This document shows, piece after piece, positions 13,274-27,075 of a stretch of DNA of 64,000 nucleotides. The stretch is from Octopus vulgaris (Eukaryota). Both the position numbers and the translations under genes were made by a program. The notes beneath the pieces were generated by a model, which did no database searches, was not told the origin of the DNA, and was given only the letters and a program-made list of their open reading frames with translations. The stretch lies in contig OX597814.1 in assembly GCA_951406725.2 (NCBI GenBank), positions 24,738,001 through 24,802,000 of the forward strand. The letters are read 5' to 3'. Each line of letters starts with the position of its first letter. The stretch's first letter is position 1.

Positions 13274-13329
13274 CATCATCATTATCATTTAATGTCCCTT
13301 GTCCATTAATATATATATATATATATACA

Positions 13330-13372
<43 letters not shown>

Positions 13373-13455
13373 CATATATACATATATGTATATATATATG
13401 TGTGGGTATATATAAATGCATAAATATATGTACATATATATATATATATTCATAG

Positions 13456-13494
<39 letters not shown>

Positions 13495-13894
13495 GATACA
13501 TACACGCATACATATATATTACATCTATATATATCTAAATATAAATATATATAATATATATAATATATATATGCATGTACATGTACATACATTTAATGCA
13601 TATATATATATATATATATATATAAATATATATATATATTTACATGACTTAAGGGCCAACATGTTTGTGCATGGTACAAACTTTAATAAGTGTCATGAAC
13701 TTTTAGTTTTTGTATCACTTTTTGACTTCTGGCAGTTAAAAATAAAAATTTATATACTCATGTTTTGAATTCTGTTTTTCCTGTTTGTACTATCAGACGT
13801 GTGTGTGTGTGTGTGTGTGTGTATGTGCATGCAGGCATACATGCACACACATGCACACACACACACACACACAAATTTACACACACAGAGACAC

Positions 13895-13938
<44 letters not shown>

Positions 13939-13997
13939 ATATATATTATATATATATATACATACACACATATTTATATCCACTTCGTCTCATATAC

Positions 13998-14028
<31 letters not shown>

Positions 14029-14030
<2 letters not shown>

Positions 14031-14165
14031 AGAAATTAAAAAGGAAGATATGCATGCTTACATGGTTTTACCATGTAAGTGTGCGTATTTTCCTTTTTTA
14101 ATTTCTTATATACATTACAATCCACCACGTGGGGACAACCGAAATTCCTCTTTTCTGTTACTACT
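14029..14165. mobile_element. Short fold-back insertion with one-sided tail between (TA)n tracts
   Basis: Arms of about 37 bp (14029-14065 and 14071-14108) with four transition mismatches, then a tail of about 55 bp. Confidence 0.6.
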
Positions 14166-14673
14166 ATACATATATATATATATATATATATCCTTGAACT
14201 CACACCTTTTCTCTCATTTTGGTTTTTGTTCCTATGTTTCTTCCATATAGCAATACTTCGCCCCCATGTCCTTATATATACTTCTATCACACACTTCACA
14301 TTCCTTAAGCCTTCTCTCTTACTTCATATCCCCTTCCTTTCATGCTCACACACCCTCTCATCTCCTTACTGCCATGCTTTCCCTACACACAATACAATTA
14401 AACCTACACTAATACAGCACTCCCATGCCAGAATATTTCTTCACTCTCACGCTTCTACACTTCATCCCCACAATCACCTCAAACCACTCTCCACTAATAC
14501 TTATCTCTGAACAAGGATACATTCTTTACCTATACAGACACACCCAACTTCTCTACCCTCTCTTCTTAACTACATCCTTAGAATGACACTCCCACCTGGC
14601 TCTTCTCCCATCAGTTGCATTTTTTCGTTTTTTTCTCACCCACTTGTCCTCTTTCTCCCACTTCCTACAATTT

Positions 14674-14709
14674 TCTTCTGATGAAGGACTAACGTCCGAA
14701 ATGTTAAGA
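14674..14709 (+). ncRNA. Minimal type-I hammerhead ribozyme in PLE fragment 14190-14815
   Basis: tctt-CTGATGA-a-ggac(taac)gtcc-GAAA-t-GTT-aaga. Stem III ACGT probably decayed at its CpG. Confidence 0.7.
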
Positions 14710-15058
14710 TTCACTTCCATTTAAGTGTCAAGTTACTACAGTATTTGTGAAATTCTATTCTTCCAATGACGTCATTTTCTTTCTTTTATTGTTTATTATA
14801 TTTACAATACACACATACACATGCACACCCACACCCACGCCCGCACGCCCACGCTCACACACCCACGCCCACACCCACTCCCACAACCCCGTGCCTACGC
14901 CCTCATCCACACATCCTACACATATATGTTGCATTTATATGTATGTAGATATGCCTATATGAATATATATATGTAGATGCCCACATATACACAGACATTG
15001 CACACACACACACACACACACACACTCACATGGATAGAAACATACATACATACATACA

Positions 15059-15191
<133 letters not shown>

Positions 15192-16514
15192 GGATAGTTA
15201 GATACCAATATATTAATGATTAAATATAATTAATTGAAAATGTGTAAGCTTTGTTTTATTATTTTATTTTTAGAATATATGTATTTACTTTTTTCATATT
15301 TTTCAGTTGCTTGTCATGGATAATAAAGCAAGACACAGTAAGGTAATATAAAAACGTTGCTATAGAATGTTGTGTAGTAAAGTGAAAGTAAAAGAACTTT
15401 CCTCTGAAATAATGAATATATTAGGTATGCCAGGAAAGGTTAAGAATTTTATTGGGAATATTCTTAATGATATATTTAATTTATGTTTGCTTGAGTGAGT
15501 ATCGTGTTAATATGTTACATTTTTTTCTTTTTGATTCTTAATTGTATTTCAACTTCCTCTCTTGTATGTTTTCTTTTCAGGAACTTGCATATCTGGTGGG
15601 TTTTTTTTTTACATATTTGTTTTTCATTTCTCTCTTTCTTTCTTTATTTTCCATTTTTTCATTCCTTCTTTATTAGGTATTTTTTTGTTTTTGTTTTTGT
15701 TGCTATTGTTGTCACTGCCTGGTTTTATTTTTTTTTTTCATACCAATTCATTTATGGGTTTTGTTACCACATATGGGAAAAAATATGATAAATAAATAAG
15801 AAGTAATGAGCACCAGTTAAAGAGAAAGAGAGATAGAGTGGAGGATGGAAATACTATGAAAAACGAAGAGGTCTAATTCTATATGAAAATTTTTGTTGCT
15901 ACAAGCTTAGAGAACTAATATCTTGGCCTAATATTGTTATACAGTATTGCTGGATCTTCACAGGGTTGGGTAGGGAATTGAAAAAAAATTCAGACCAGAC
16001 TTTCTTCTGACTATGAATGACTCTTCACTTTTCCTTCCTTTCACTTTTCCTTTCCTTCATGCATCTTTATTTTGCTTTTTTTCTTCAGTCCTCCCTCCCT
16101 CCCTCCCTCATCTCTGTCTCGCTCTTTCATATTTTAGACTCCTCTAATCTTGAACTATCTTTGCGCTCCTTTCTCATGTAGTTTTCCTTCCTCTGCCAAC
16201 CTCACTTTATTTCTCACTTTCTCTTTTTTTTCCCTTCCCTCCACTTGTAATACATTTTATATATTTACTTCTTTATCTATTTCATTATTTATTTACTTAT
16301 CTATTTAATTTTGCTCTCAGCCTCTTTTGTCTTTTCAGTGCTGTCACTGTATGTTTGTCCTTCACTCTGTTTTCTGTTTAGGAAATCTCTATCCATCTTA
16401 TTACCTCTCCTACATTATATATGTGAGATCCTTCCCTGTATTACCTCTGCAGCCAGACTGTGTCTTTTATCTTTTCTACCTCCTCCTCTCTCTCTTACTT
16501 TCCCTTTCCTTTTC

Positions 16515-16555
<41 letters not shown>

Positions 16556-16566
16556 ATGTATGTATG

Positions 16567-16649
<83 letters not shown>

Positions 16650-16708
16650 GCATATATATATATACATGCATATATATATATAGATATATATATATATATA
16701 TATGCATG

Positions 16709-16747
<39 letters not shown>

Positions 16748-17305
16748 ATGCACATACATGCATACACACCCCATCCCCACACAATCACACACACACACAC
16801 GCACACATATTTTGTATATACGATATATATAAATATGTATATTTACACATACATACATAACACACATTGAGAGTAGGGAGGGGAAAAAAGTAGAAACTTA
16901 TAAGATTCCCTCCCTCCCTCACTCTCTCTCTCTCTCTCTCTCTCACATACTTTGTTCTGATACATGCATACAAACACACACACATATGTGTGTGTGTGTG
17001 TGTATACATATGTGTCTGTTAGTATGAAAATATGTGTCTGTTTGTATGTATGTACATAAATACATTTATATAATCTCTTCCTCCCATTTTTTTTTTGTTT
17101 TATGCTAGTGACTTTAAGCTAGGGATTTTATTTTATTCTGTATTTTGTTGCTTTTTTTTATATATATTCCTTGCTATTTTTCCCCCTTTCACATACAATC
17201 TCACAAAGTTTATCGCATTGCTTGTCCCTTCCTCTTTCCCTGCCAACTTATCTGTTCCAATCTATGCAACACATAACTAGATTAAACTACCATTGTATAA
17301 CAACG

Positions 17306-17345
<40 letters not shown>

Positions 17346-17569
17346 CTACTACTACTACAACTACAACAACAGCTATAACAAGGAAAACAATGACAATCAA
17401 CGATAACAACAAAATCGAATACCTTTATTCCAGCCCACTGCCTAAATTACAGACATTAGTCATCAGAATGGCATAAATTGAAGTGGGTAAGGGTGTGATA
17501 TAATCCTCTATTCTGTTTATCCACCTCTAATTCAAGAAATTTCTTCCGTCACTGCAACTATTTCTTTCA

Positions 17570-17670
17570 TAATAATAATAATAATAATAATTATAATAAT
17601 AATAATAATAATAATAATGATGATGATGATGGTGATGATGATAATAATAAAAACAATAATAATGATGATG

Positions 17671-17742
<72 letters not shown>

Positions 17743-17977
17743 GTAATGATGATGATGATGATAATAATAATAACAGCAACAAAAATATTAGTAGCAATAA
17801 TGATAATGAAAATAGCAACAACAAAAATATTAATAATGATAAAATAATAATAATAATAACAATAATAATAATAAGAAGAAGAAGAATAACAACAACAACA
17901 ACAATAATAATAATAATAATTAGAAGAAGAAGAAGAAGAAGAAGCAGAAGAATAACAACAACAACAACAACAACAAC

Positions 17978-18049
<72 letters not shown>

Positions 18050-18066
18050 AAGATGAAGAAGAATAC

Positions 18067-18098
<32 letters not shown>

Positions 18099-18300
18099 AT
18101 AATAATCATGATAGTGAAGATGATGATGCTGGTGGTGGTGGTGATGTTGGTGGTGGTGGCGATAAAAATAATGTAAAAAGTGGAAGCAATGGTCTGTTTT
18201 GGTTGCATGCAAATAGCTGTCCACCATAGTGGTGGTCCTGGTAGAGGTGGCTGCTGTTGGTGGTGGTGGTGGTGGTGGTGGTTGGTGTTGGTTATGGTTG
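17570..18300. repeat. Composite trinucleotide microsatellite (AAT/GAT/AAC/AAG/GGT)
   Basis: Directly visible; explains the 237-aa poly-L/I/V ORF. Confidence 0.95.
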
Positions 18301-19016
18301 TCATTGTTGTTGTGGTAATGGTGCTGGTGATGACGGCAGTGATGAGTAGGCTTGCTGTAACAATAGTGGCACGTGAAAAGAACTCAAGAATTTAGCAAGG
18401 CGTCATTCTGGCAGCAAATTACAACTGTCATGTCAATGTAACAAGCTGGGAACAAATATAAATATAAAAAAAAAAATTCTTCTGGTAAACTTAATTCTTT
18501 CAATTTCTTTTCCTCTTTTAAATAAAATAAACTCACACTCAATAATCACAAATATACAAAAAGAAAAAAAAAAGAAAGAAAAAAAGCATAAAACAGCACC
18601 AAAAGATTTTGTTAAGAGACATTTTTTTGTTTATTATTTTTACCCTTCTTTTATTGCATTCAATAACTATCAGACCCTCACTAGTTTACAAATATGTTTG
18701 TTTATTCTTTTCCTAATGCTAACTGAATAGTATATGTATATACCTTTGGCTTCATTTTCTTGTCTCTTTCTCTCCCTTTCTTTAGCGCTCTCTCCCTCCT
18801 TCTCTTTCTTCTTTCTCAGTGCTTGTACAGAGTGTGTACATGTGTGCATGCATATTTGTGTTGGTATAACTATCTCTCTTCTATTTATCTATCTATCTAG
18901 CTAGCTAGCTACCAGTCAGTTTATCTGTCTGTTTGTCTGTCTCTGTCTCTCTATCTATCTGTCTGTCTATCTGCCTGTCTGTCTGTCTGTATTAATCTAT
19001 ACTCTATCTCTCCTTT

Positions 19017-19448
19017 ACTCTTTTACTTGTTTCAGTCATTTGACTGTGGCCATGCTGGAGCACTGCCTTTAATCGAGCAAATCGACCCCAGGACTTATTC
19101 TTTGAAAGCCTAGTACTTATTCTATCGGTCCCATTTGCCAAACCGCTAAGTTACGGGAACGTAAACACACCAGCATCGGTTGTCAAGCAACGTTGGGGGG
19201 ACAAACACAGACACACAAACATATGCACACACACATATATATATATACACACACACTCACACACATGTATATATACATATATACAACGAACTTCTTTCCA
19301 TTTCCATCTAGCAAATCCACTCACAAGGCTTTGGTCGGCCTGAGGCTATAGTAGAAGACACTTACCCAAGGTGCCACACAGTGGGACTGAACCCAGAACC
19401 ATATGGTTGGTAAGCAAGCTACCTACCACACAGCCACTCCTGCGCCTA
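19017..19448 (-). mobile_element. SINE family A
   Basis: Full-length match to 8712-9140. Confidence 0.85.
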
Positions 19449-19499
19449 TATATATATGTACATACACAAACTATATTCAGTTTATAACCGATTTACTCT

Positions 19500-19727
19500 T
19501 TTTACTCTCTCTTTTACTCTTTTACTTGTTTCAGTCATTTGACTGTGGCCATGCTGGAGCACCGCCTTTAGTCGAGCAAATCAACCCCGGGACTTATTCT
19601 TTGTAAGCCCAGTACTTATTCTATCGGTCTCTTTTGCCGAACCGCTAAGTGACGGGGACGTAAACACACCAGCATCGGTTGTCAAGCAATGCTAGGGGGA
19701 CAAACACACACACATACACATACACAT

Positions 19728-19760
<33 letters not shown>

Positions 19761-19925
19761 CGACAGGCTTCTTTCAGTTTCTGTCTACCAAATCCACTCA
19801 CAAGGCATTGGTCGGCCCGAGGCTATAGCAGAAGACACTTGCCCAAGATGCCACGCAGTGGGACTGAACCCAGAACCATGTGGTTGGTTAGCAAGCTACT
19901 TACCACACAGCCACTCCTACGCCTG
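19500..19925 (-). mobile_element. SINE family A
   Basis: Second full-length copy about 50 bp from the previous one. Confidence 0.85.
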
Positions 19926-20305
19926 TAGCTACTCCTGCGCCTGTTATGCATTTACTATGCAGTTATGCTTTGCTTGTGTATGTTGTTGGGACATTGTTTT
20001 ACTGCTGGATGCCCATTCTGCTACCAATCTTTATCCATTTTCAAGGAAGGAATCTCTTGTTTCATGAATTTTGTTGACTAAAGAAGTGGAAATAACACTT
20101 GCTTGTATCTAGTGACTTTCATATCTTTTCCAAATTCACACGCTTACATGTGTACACACACACACACACACATACATACACACACATATATATACACACA
20201 CACACACACACTCCTGCACACACATATAAAGACATACACAAACATGTGTATAAATATCTCTCTATCTCTTTATTTCTCAGTTTCTCTCTCTCTCTCTCTC
20301 TCAAT

Positions 20306-20382
20306 ATATTTATACTATAAAATTGGATTTAATCCTAAATCTAATTTTCCCCTGTAAGTTTGGATTTATTCCCTAATGTTAT

Positions 20383-20387
<5 letters not shown>
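20306..20387 (+). mobile_element. PLE extreme 3' tail fragment (family of 33045-33540)
   Basis: Reverse complement of 33045-33125; runs into (TA)n. Confidence 0.65.
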
Positions 20388-20434
<47 letters not shown>

Positions 20435-20567
20435 GTAGTAGTGGTGAACGTGGTGATTTGTAGGCTTGCCTTAACAAAAGTGGCAACAACAACAACAACG
20501 AAACCAATGACAGTCAATAGTATAGACAAAATCAAATGTATATATGTATATATATATATATATATAC

Positions 20568-20677
<110 letters not shown>

Positions 20678-21544
20678 ATATTTGATGTTTATTCTTCAAG
20701 GTTTTTTAAATATTCATATAGACATGAAATTATAACATCAACCACCTTCTGAGTTTTTGAGCACTGCTGGTGATTAAATATTTCACTTAATGGAAATTAA
20801 TAGTACTGTTTAGGTTCATTTGCACCTAGCTACTGTATAGCTTTTGGTAGCAAGTTAAGTGTTCTAGTTTATATCAGCTGAGTATGCTGAAGGCCTTTTT
20901 TCCTTACTTTTCTATGATGACAATGGTGGTAGTGGTGATTAGTAGACTTGCTTTAATAAAAGTGGCAACAACAACAACAAAAATGAAACCGATGACAGTC
21001 AATGGTATGGAAAAATCAAATGTCTTTATCCCAACCTAAGGCCGGAATTACAAGATCAATGGAAACAAAGTTCAGAAAGTATTATAAACTCTACAGTCAA
21101 CTATTGTCTTTGGTGAAGCTCCTTACAACCCCCAAATGTACCTTGGATCTGGGGTACCTTAATCATGGAAGAAGGCTGCAATACAGACAAAATCACAGAA
21201 TGTGATAGTGAGGAGTATACAGAAGTCATGGCAGAAACATTACTATGAGTGCTGGGAGAGGAATAGCTTCTCAGAATACATTCTGTTGTTCAGCTCACAT
21301 TAAAGCTTCTTATGACTGAGTAATTTTCCAGTGATATATAGAGTGAATTCTTATTTGCTATGTTCATGCCCCATTGTTTTATATACCAACCACTCTTGTA
21401 TTAACAACTGATACATACTAGGCTGCTAAATAAGTAACTGCTTTTAGTTTAGTACGAAGGGAAAAGACACCGGCTCCAGCTATGATATTGGTTTTACTTG
21501 ACTCAACAGGTCTTCTCAAGCATATCATATTGCCTGACACATGT

Positions 21545-21735
21545 ATCATCATCATCATCATCGTTTAGCGTCCGTTTTCCATGCTAGCATGGGTTGGACG
21601 GTTCAACTGGGGTCTGTGAAGCCGGAAGGCTTCATCAGGCCTAGTCAGATCTGGCAGTGTTTCTACGGCTGGATGCCCTTCCTGACGCCAACCACTCCAT
21701 GAGTGTAGTGGGTGCTTTTTACGTGCCACTCGCAT
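21545..21735 (-). mobile_element. RTE-associated SINE/LINE 3' end, family C with (GAT)n tail
   Basis: ..aacccatgctagcatggaaaacggacgctaaacgatgatgatg. Copies at about 3600-3800, 8150-8310, 12800-13000, 25910-26130, 27100-27330, 30210-30430, 40520-40740, 43010-43390 and 47000-47235. The 25910 copy is contiguous with RTE coding sequence. Confidence 0.75.
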
Positions 21736-21736
21736 A

Positions 21737-21790
<54 letters not shown>

Positions 21791-21865
21791 AACACACACA
21801 CATATACATGTACATATATATATATGTATGTGTACATATATATATATATACATATATATACATGC

Positions 21866-21896
<31 letters not shown>

Positions 21897-21949
21897 CATA
21901 CATATATATACATATATATATATACATACATATATATACATATATATAT

Positions 21950-21980
<31 letters not shown>

Positions 21981-21981
21981 A

Positions 21982-22050
<69 letters not shown>

Positions 22051-22103
22051 TGTATATATATATATGCATGTATATATATATATATATGCATGTATATATA
22101 TAA

Positions 22104-22380
22104 TTGGAAAATTCGGAGTTAACAAGAAGGAGTATAATTTGTCATTTATTCTCAATCACTACAATTGTTTCTACATGACGTAGTTCTCCAAGCATACAGG
22201 TACTTGAGTATGCAACTGTTTCCCTGCATCATGAGATCAGGCTGTGTTTTCTCAGGCAATATGTAAACACTGTTTCTGTAAGTTCTCTGTTTGGAGAACT
22301 ACGTTGCATAGAAACAATTGTAGTGATTGAAAATAAATGTCTACCCATACTTCTTTTTGTTGACTCCACATTTTTCAGTT
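22104..22380. mobile_element. Diverged fold-back element carrying the hammerhead 3' half on both arms
   Basis: Arms about 22110-22195 and 22285-22370. GAAAC-aatt-GTA-gtg on each strand. Abuts (TA)n. Confidence 0.6.
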
Positions 22381-22631
22381 ATTTAAGAATACATGACAGA
22401 AGCCTAAACACAAACCTAGAAATACGTATAATACTACTACTGGATAGCACAGGGTGAAATCTGAAGTTGGATGAGCTTTATGCTGTACACTACTACTCTC
22501 TTACCAGAATATACCATAACTATATGTATGTGTATATATGTATAAAATACACAGCTTTATTTTGAGATTGCTAGTGTTAACAATATTCACAAAAAATACA
22601 AACTGGAGTTGTAGTATAGTGTGTGTAAAAA

Positions 22632-22715
22632 ACATCCTGATGAAGGTAGTGTCAGTTTTGATAATATGAAATATATCATATTACTTGGTACGTCTCTGAA
22701 GCAGGCCATAGATGT
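22632..22715 (+). ncRNA. Degenerate hammerhead with long stem II
   Basis: acatc-CTGATGA-(stem II including taatatga/tcatatta)-GAAGC-aggcc-ATA-gatgt. Stem I is a perfect 5 bp; the core is mutated. Confidence 0.55.
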
Positions 22716-23066
22716 AACTCTAAATTTTTAGATTTTTAAATTTTTGTGTTATTTTTCAAAGGTCTTTAATACGTCCTTTTAATGTTTCATCATCCCAAAT
22801 TTTTAATTATACCAATATTTTATAGCTTTTAAAATGTAAATTCACTGTGTTTTATATATAACACTGACTTATATCTATTTATATATATTTTTATATCTTT
22901 ATATCTGGAATTTATACATCTGTTTTGTAAATGTGCAAGAATACATGAATATATGTATCTATTTGATCTTCGAGTGTGGATCTTAATTATGTTCCTCTAG
23001 TTTCAGCTTGCATTGCCTCTGTTCAAATTAAGAAGAGACATGCATGTGTGTATGTATGTATGTATG

Positions 23067-23114
<48 letters not shown>

Positions 23115-23139
23115 ATCTTGTAAATGTTCCTGCTATCAC

Positions 23140-24520
23140 AAAATGAACCCCATGCAAGAAGCTAATTTAGCAACTGCTTTCTCAAAAGTAGTTTTTTATG
23201 GCAAGTGCAGACATAGCCATAGAAAATGTCCAGCAAGAGATGTCATGTGTCACAAATGTGAGAAAAAAGGCCAGTTTTCTCAGTTTAAGTGTGCAAATTC
23301 ACATAATAATAAGCAGAACACCATTAAACCCATGTAATAAACCAATCTTCACTGCATTAGCTTTATTGGGACAACTTTTCTCTCATGCTTCTGTTAATAC
23401 TGTAATTAACAATCAATCACTGCAACTTTCAGTTGACAGTAAAGCACTGGCAACTTTATCAAGGCTGGTTTTGTTAAGTGAAACAGTTTCATCATTAAAC
23501 CAATTAGAGAAAATAATCTGATGGTGTCAGTACAATGTAGTTCCTTATTTGTGGGACTATACAAAGGAAGAATGTAATATATGCTATACAAATAGTAGTC
23601 ACTGTTAGTTGTACACAATCTCTGCTCAGATATTCTACTCAGACAGGGTTTCCTTTCTCAGCACTCTTCAGTGACATTTTAAAATTAAATGACCTAGAAG
23701 CCAATCTTGTATTGTCAAATTCACTCATCAGGAGATTTATTTAACTCCAAATACAAAGCATCATGCTACACCTACTGGAAAATAGTCTGTAGACAATTTC
23801 AAATTTATAAGACAAGAAATAAATACTTGATCAAAGAAGAAACTATAAAACTGAGTAACATGCAATGGAGAGCTCAAGTTATAGTAACAACAACAAAAAG
23901 AAAACCCTAGTAAATTGCAAGCTACACATTCTTATTGATTTTTAAACCACTATCACAACCATCTTTATAATGCTTTTTTTCCAGTGTCTGTTATTGATGA
24001 GTTTAATGCATGCTAGATCATGACATTTTTATATATTTCAGCAAGTTTGATACAAAAGATACCTATTATCAACTTCCAACAATGGTTTAAGTCTGTCCTT
24101 ATACTCGTTTCCAAATATTCTGAAAAATAATATCAGCATACAAAACTTTCATTTGAGCTTATGAACTCTGTAGCAGGTTTTCAATGAGTGATGAAAAAAA
24201 TTATCTTCCAAAACAATCTTACATCTTCCTACTCATATTTAGAGGATATCACTGTATGCAATAACTCTGCTGAATATCATAAGTATCTACAAGTATTTCT
24301 GACATATGTCAAAGATCGCAATATAACTTGTGCTTGAAATAAGTGTAATTCTCATAGAACAAGCACGAAGTTTCTTGGTTATTGCCTTTGAAAACAATAA
24401 AATAATACCTGATCTGTAGGTGTTACTTCTTAAATGCATTAAAGTTCCTACATTTAAAAAGGAGCTTGAAAAGAAATTATTGAGTTGCTTGCTTTATTAT
24501 AGCAAATATCTGACACATTT
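23140..24520 (+). mobile_element. Highly decayed Gypsy-type LTR retrotransposon (gag-protease-RT)
   Basis: Zinc knuckle HRKCPARDVMCHKCEKKGQF..C, protease-like LSVDSKA, and RT motifs IKLSNMQWRAQVIV, FELMNSVAGFQ, YSYLEDITVC, KFLGY. Many stops. Confidence 0.75.
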
Positions 24521-25708
24521 TGAAACCAGGAAATAGTTACCTCCATTTATTTACCCTTTCCTCTCTTCCTCCTCACTGCCACCAAACTCATCTTTAAAAT
24601 GTTCAAACCCTCCAGTATCACTTCCTCTCCAAAATTCACAAACTTAACCATCCTGATTGCATTACCATGCTTTTCTCCACTTAACATCCCACACATACAC
24701 ACACACACACAATCCACACATGCACACACACACACACACACACACACACACCACACACAAATGCAATTCTCACACACACACACACACATACACACACATG
24801 CATGATACATAGACATACACATGTTTATACATAACATGCCAAGACATTGAACATACTTCTGTCTTTCTAACAGAACATTAAAAACATTTAAATCTGAGAG
24901 TGGAAAGGATTTCCCCTACAATTTTAGAGTTAAATATATTTTCCACTCAATTTGGTATTCTGCAATAGGCTTGAGCAAATGGGCATATTATATGTTTAAC
25001 AATTACGCATCATTTTTCAAGTGTTAAGTAATTGTTGAACCATGTTAATAAATGGAGTTAAGAATGTAAAAGGAAGTGATTGAAAGAAAAGAGTAGAGAG
25101 AGTAAGGAATAAATAAGCAGAAAGATTGAGGAACAGAGAGAGAATACTTAGAGGTGTGTGTGTATGTGTGTGTACAAAGAGAAACAAGGAATAGAGAGAA
25201 GGGAGAGTGGAAGATAGGAAAAAGGGAACTTTCTCTTAGCAGTTCTCATAATTTATCTGATAATGCAGTCTGTTTTTCATTTCACCATTATTATTTTTCT
25301 TCTCATTCACATGTCTCAGGATAATCTCTTTAGTAAATGGTATTTTCTTCAGCTCAGATTTGTTTCAATTTCTACATGAAGCCAAACACTTGCTGATTCT
25401 GTTTCAAAATAATGACAATAATTATAAAATTCTGTAATCTTACAGTTAAACCCTATTTATTTAAAGAGATCCCTCAGCAATATTTTATAATAGAATTCTT
25501 TTACTATCAAGAATTTCACTTCTTTAATATGTTTATCCTTTAAGGATTAGACATAGTTCGTATTTGTAAGCTGTTTTATCAATCAGCTATGAGTTTGTTA
25601 TTTAGTATTTAAAGAATTTCAAGATATTACAAGATGTGATCTCTTGAGCACCACCAGCTCAAATATTTTCTCCTCTGTCTTCCCTCCTTGGGATCTTTCC
25701 TTCTCCTT

Positions 25709-25743
25709 GTTTCCGACGAAGAGCTCCGCTTGAAACATTAAAC
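25709..25743 (+). ncRNA. Minimal hammerhead (U4C variant) in PLE 3' fragment 25640-25848
   Basis: gttt-CCGACGA-a-gagc(tcc)gctt-GAAAC-ATT-aaac. The tail runs into (TA)n. Confidence 0.6.
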
Positions 25744-25843
25744 CTTCCTTCCCTTCTTTCCTGAGCGTCAATAATACTTTAATTGTTCCACGTCCTGCGT
25801 TGCTGTGTTTTTTTCTCTTTTTTCTGTGTTTTCTTGTTTGGAT

Positions 25844-25902
<59 letters not shown>

Positions 25903-25909
25903 ATATATT

Positions 25910-26945
25910 ATCATCATTATCCTCATTATCATCATCGTTTAACGTCTGCTTTCCATGCTGGCATGGGTTGGACGGTTTGACTGAGGGCTGGCAAGCCAGA
26001 AGGCTGCACCAGGCTCCAATCCAATCTGGCAATGTTTCTACAGCTGGATGCCCTTCCTAATGCTAACCACTCAGAGTGTAGTGGGTGCTTTTTACATGCC
26101 ACCAGCATGAGGGCCAGTCAGGCAGTACTGTCATCAGCCACAACAATGATTTCACGTGCCTCAATAGGTCTTCACAAGTGCAGTTTATTGCCCAATGATT
26201 GAAGGGTACTCTTAAATGAGCTGGTTATGCTGCACTGGCATAGGCCACAGTTATGGTCTCACTTGGCTTGCCAGGTCTTCTCAAGCACAGTATATCTCCA
26301 AAGGTTTCAGTCATTTGTTATCACCTCAGCAAGGCCCAACGCTCAAAGTTCGTGCTTCACCACCTCATCCCAGGTCTTCTTGGGACTACCTGTTCTACAG
26401 GTTCCCTCTACTGCTAGAAGGTGAGGCTTTTTCACACAGCTGTTCTCATCCATATGCAACACATGACCATACCAGTGCAGTTGTCTCTTGCACACCACAT
26501 CTGATGCTTCTTATGCCCAACTTTTCTCTCAGGGTGCTTACACTCTGTCGTGTATGCACACCGACATTACACATCCAGTGGAGCATACTAGCTTCATTTC
26601 TTGCAAGCTTACACATGTCCTCAGCAGTCATGACCCATGTTTCACTGTAATGTAGCATAGCTGTTCACACACATGTGGCATACAGTCTACCTTTTACTCT
26701 GAGTGAGAGGCTCCATTTCACCAGCACAGATAGGAGCTCTCTGAACTTTGCCCAGGTTATTCTTATTCTAGCAGCTACACTCTCAGAGCAACCCCCATCC
26801 CCCACTATTCACTTGGTCACCTAGGTAACGGAAGCTATCAACTACTTGTAGTTTCTTCCACTGGAATGTGACAGAAGCTATTTTCTGCACGTTTTCAGTG
26901 TTTACTGCCCCTGAGTGTTTGCTGCACACAAAAACTATCTTCCCA
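25910..26945 (-). mobile_element. RTE-clade LINE 3' portion
   Basis: LQVVDSFRYLGD..; MLHYSETWVMTAEDMCKLARNEASMLHWMCNV..LREKLGIRSI. The 3' UTR ends in (GAT)n. Confidence 0.8.
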
Positions 26946-27001
26946 GGTGATGATGATGATGATGATGATATATATATATATATATATAATATATATATAT
27001 A

Positions 27002-27075
<74 letters not shown>

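Noticed and set aside
14029-14108. All four arm mismatches form G-U wobbles, hinting at fixed A-to-I editing
   Set aside because: Three of the four are explained by CpG deamination, and there are too few sites to infer editing.
17591-18304. 237-aa hydrophobic ORF
   Set aside because: Entirely trinucleotide repeat, with no splice or domain evidence.
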